Below, in pieces: positions 61,299-64,000 of a stretch of 64,000 nt of DNA. The stretch lies in the NCBI GenBank assembly GCA_029953675.1, contig JAMWBK010000004.1, positions 1,860,001-1,924,000 of the forward strand, given 5' to 3'. This DNA comes from Rhodosorus marinus CCMP1338 (taxonomy: Eukaryota > Plantae > Rhodophyta). The first letter of the stretch is position 1. The number at the start of each line of letters is the position of its first letter. The translations under genes and the position numbers were made by a program. Below the pieces are notes generated by a model. It was not told where the DNA came from. It saw only the letters and a list, made by a program, of their open reading frames with translations, and did no database searches.

Positions 61299-62743
61299 AT
61301 GTCGACGGAGAGAAAAGTTCGCTTTGGAGAGGTTGAGGATGTTGCGAAGGGTGAAGCCGGCTCGTCGGAGAAAGTTCGTGATGAGGAGGCGGAGAATTTT
61401 GCCCCTGGTGGGATGACTGCCAAGGAGGCTAGAGAACTGAAGGTTAAGAAACGAGTTTCTGAGGCAGGTCTGGATGATGAAGATGGTGATGTACAGGACT
61501 ATACGACGAGGGTCAGCGGGGAAGAGCACAACCCTCACAATTCCTTAGCGGTAGGTGCGCTGCTTTTGATTCGAGACAACTCGTGCACGGACAAAAGCGT
61601 ATTCATTACCTGTACTGTTTTTGGCATTTCTGCACTAGGAGGTTGATGCAGGTGCTACAATAACTGCTTTCAATATGAGCGAGGAACTAGAGGATGGCTA
61701 CGTAGAGGGAGGAAACTACATCGCGAACGAGTTCGATAGTCACGTACAAAGAGCGCTCCACAGTTGTAAGTTGTCTACACCAAACGCACAGAAACTTAAT
61801 TGTCTACGCGGGCTTTGTTTTGACGAAAACAAAATACATGTCCATTTTGCCCCTGTAGCCTCGGACGAAGATGAGCCCGTTGGAAACGGACGCAAGGCCA
61901 TCCCAGACCACGTCCTGTCGAAGAAAGAGCGAAGAAAACTAATGCAAGATGCCCGGGAGGAGGAGGACAACTGGGTTGACGATGACACAGATCAGAATCA
62001 ACCGGCCTACGATGAGAAACAAGCTCCTCCGCGAAAACGACAGAGGACCGATCCACAAAATAGCGCTGAGGATGAATTTGAAAGTAGGATCAATGGTTCC
62101 ACGAATATTCCGTAGAATTGCCTCGAGTTTGTATGTATCTGACCATACAGGTTCCACCTCTCTCCCCCCCTTCGTAGTTCAAAAGGCACCTCGGTCCGAA
62201 GCAGAACTATCGGCTATTCTTGTGCAGCACCTAAAGCCGAAAGAAAACGTTTTGTCATGTTTGAGAAGACTCGGCGGAAAGGAGAACTCCAAGAATCCCA
62301 CGCTGAAAAGCAAGTTTGATGAGGTGACCGAAGTAGCTGACGAGCTGTTGAATGGTGGTCAGTATACAATCTACCAACAGACTAGGGAACAACTTATGAA
62401 GCTGGCGAAGACGAAGATAGGCAAGTCACTCGACGTTGGAGATTCAGTCAAGCCAAAGCTTGACCTTTGGGAGCTGAAGTAAGCAAGGTCACCAGTGTGA
62501 ACTGGCCATGGCCTCGTGCAAAGGTTCCGTAGGGCTGCTTGTGGAAGGCTGAATCACCCCTTATCATTCCTCGTCTTTTTCAGGTGGGGAGAGGACACGG
62601 AAACCTACGGGCCTTTTACAGCTGAACAGATGTTAGGGTGGCAGCAGTCGGGCTATTTCAGCTCTGAAAGAACCGCTTACGCACGGCGCCAAGGAGCTGG
62701 TGGTCGATTCGCGCTCGCGAGAGACCTGTCCTATTCATCGTGA
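61299..62743 (+). CDS. CD2BP2: CD2BP2/LIN1 (U5 snRNP 52K) GYF-domain protein
   Basis: KVRF N-terminus, EELEDGYVEGGNYI, DNWVD, LKPKENVLSCLRRLGG, EVADELLNGGQYTIYQQTRE, GYF WELK-W....YGPFTAEQMLGWQQSGYF. Confidence 0.88.
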
Positions 62744-63068
62744 AAGAGTGGTTGGTTTCTTTCGTTTTCGAAGGACGGGGTGGAGGACTGGAGTTTGAAA
62801 TCATCGTAGCACAGGTGGCGTACTTTTTTCATGCTCTTTGTGGTACTCTGGAAACCTTGCACGCTTCCCATGGGACCGCCACAACTTTAATACATAACTG
62901 TCTTTAGTTTACATAATTTTGGTCTAGAGATCGTCTCTTTTCAAACGATTGGCACGTATCTCTGTCTTACAAAGACAACCGCTCTAACAAGGGTTAAAAG
63001 TTACCTGTACATTCTCCCAATAGGACCAACCCGGGACCTTATCGATCAGACAATTGGTCCCCCCTGGA

Positions 63069-63646
63069 CTATTCTCCAGGAGAAGAATCTTCGCTGTCTG
63101 TTTCGGAAACCAGCGAATCTCCATCATCGTCGCTAGGGCTAACCTGGTCCATGGCGGAACGCTCATTATTCCCGCTCCTTAGGCTTTCAACCAAATACTT
63201 TGTCTTCTTCAGACGATGTGAGTAGCCTTTGCGAAGAGACGTAGACCTGAAGGAAGAAATTCTTGAAGAATGTCTTCCATGCGCATATGAGAACCATGTG
63301 TCCATAGACTGTGTTCCAGCCTCCGACATCAGCGATTCCGCAGAATCACAAAGTATCCCTTCTTTCACAAGGGGCAAGGCGTTTGAAAACATGGACCTGT
63401 AGATAAGAGCAATCCCACAAAGCTTCATTCAGCACTAGAGCGTTGGTACGATCGAATCTGTCCCATCCAAACTACTACTTACCGACTCCTATCAAACTTT
63501 GCAGCGTTTTCATAGTACGATGCGCTCTGAAAAATCCGAAGCTGCTCCATCTTCAGCTCATGGATTTTTCTGCGGGCAGGATCCGGTGAGCCCGGTCTTA
63601 CCAATGCCGCCAAATCGCTACTTCTCTCGACCATAACGTGACTCAT
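63069..63646 (-). CDS. Hypothetical 2-exon protein (about 165 aa)
   Basis: ATG at 63646. A GTAAGT..CTACAG intron joins ..FDRS to RSMFSNALP.. in frame, with an acidic/Ser C-terminus. Sense-strand G-rich tract upstream (63650-64000). Confidence 0.4.
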
Positions 63647-64000
63647 GTCCAGTTCACACTCCAACTCTGCCCAACCCAAACCCTCCAACTGGAAATCCTC
63701 AAAACCTGCTTCAAACAATACACCACAGAAGCCAAACAGCCACACCATCAATATCTCCCACCACCTCCAAAAACTCTGCTTCTCAAAAGCCTAAAGTACA
63801 ATGACAACGCAAGCCCAGTATTTAAACGACCGCTTACTGCCCACACCACCCGCGTCCTCTTTGTGTCCCAGTCACAACCCTGATCTAAACTATACAAAAA
63901 CCAATCCTCCCTCCCAACCCCCCGGCGCCCACCCACAAAAAACACAAAAGGAAATCTCCAACCTTCCAAACAACAAACCTCAGCAGTAAGCCCTCCTCCC

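Noticed and set aside
1-64000. Functional cluster of ribosome/splicing genes (PWP1, CWF19L1, RPS23, DRG1, CD2BP2) or of kinesin with TBCA
   Set aside because: Housekeeping genes are common in compact genomes; these are interspersed with unrelated genes and show no shared arrangement.
1-64000. tRNA, rRNA, CRISPR array, intact LTR pairs
   Set aside because: No cloverleaf or T-loop context, rRNA motif, repeat-spacer array or paired LTRs seen by eye.

Overview
Eukaryotic, gene-dense window with short GT-AG introns (mostly about 45-130 nt). The source is inferred to be a primary-plastid alga, probably a red alga, from the SQD1 N-terminal MAGFV-type transit peptide with no signal peptide. Gene models were spliced by eye. 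Recognisable genes: SDIR1-like RING-H2 ligase, a kinesin-14 with N-terminal PLAT and CBM20 domains, PWP1, MTHFR, CWF19L1, TBCA, succinyl-CoA ligase beta, a C1orf109/AIRIM-like protein, theta GST, TMEM161, a double B-box protein, a Qa syntaxin, RPS23, a SNF2/BRM-type remodeler, a divergent Sec23/24-like protein, a COX7a-like microprotein absent from the ORF track, DRG1, SQD1 and CD2BP2. There are also several orphan gene models and decayed Ty3/gypsy and Ty1/copia fragments. No rRNA, tRNA or CRISPR array was seen. The best candidate for an undescribed system is the PLAT-CBM20-kinesin-14, a possible motor linking cytosolic starch granules, membranes and microtubules. Other leads: an MTHFR with a remodelled AdoMet pocket, a B-box gene followed by a decayed repeat and MATH-like tail, a SNF2 with a roughly 500-aa acidic tail and no bromodomain, and sense-strand G-rich/G-quadruplex tracts upstream of most start codons.
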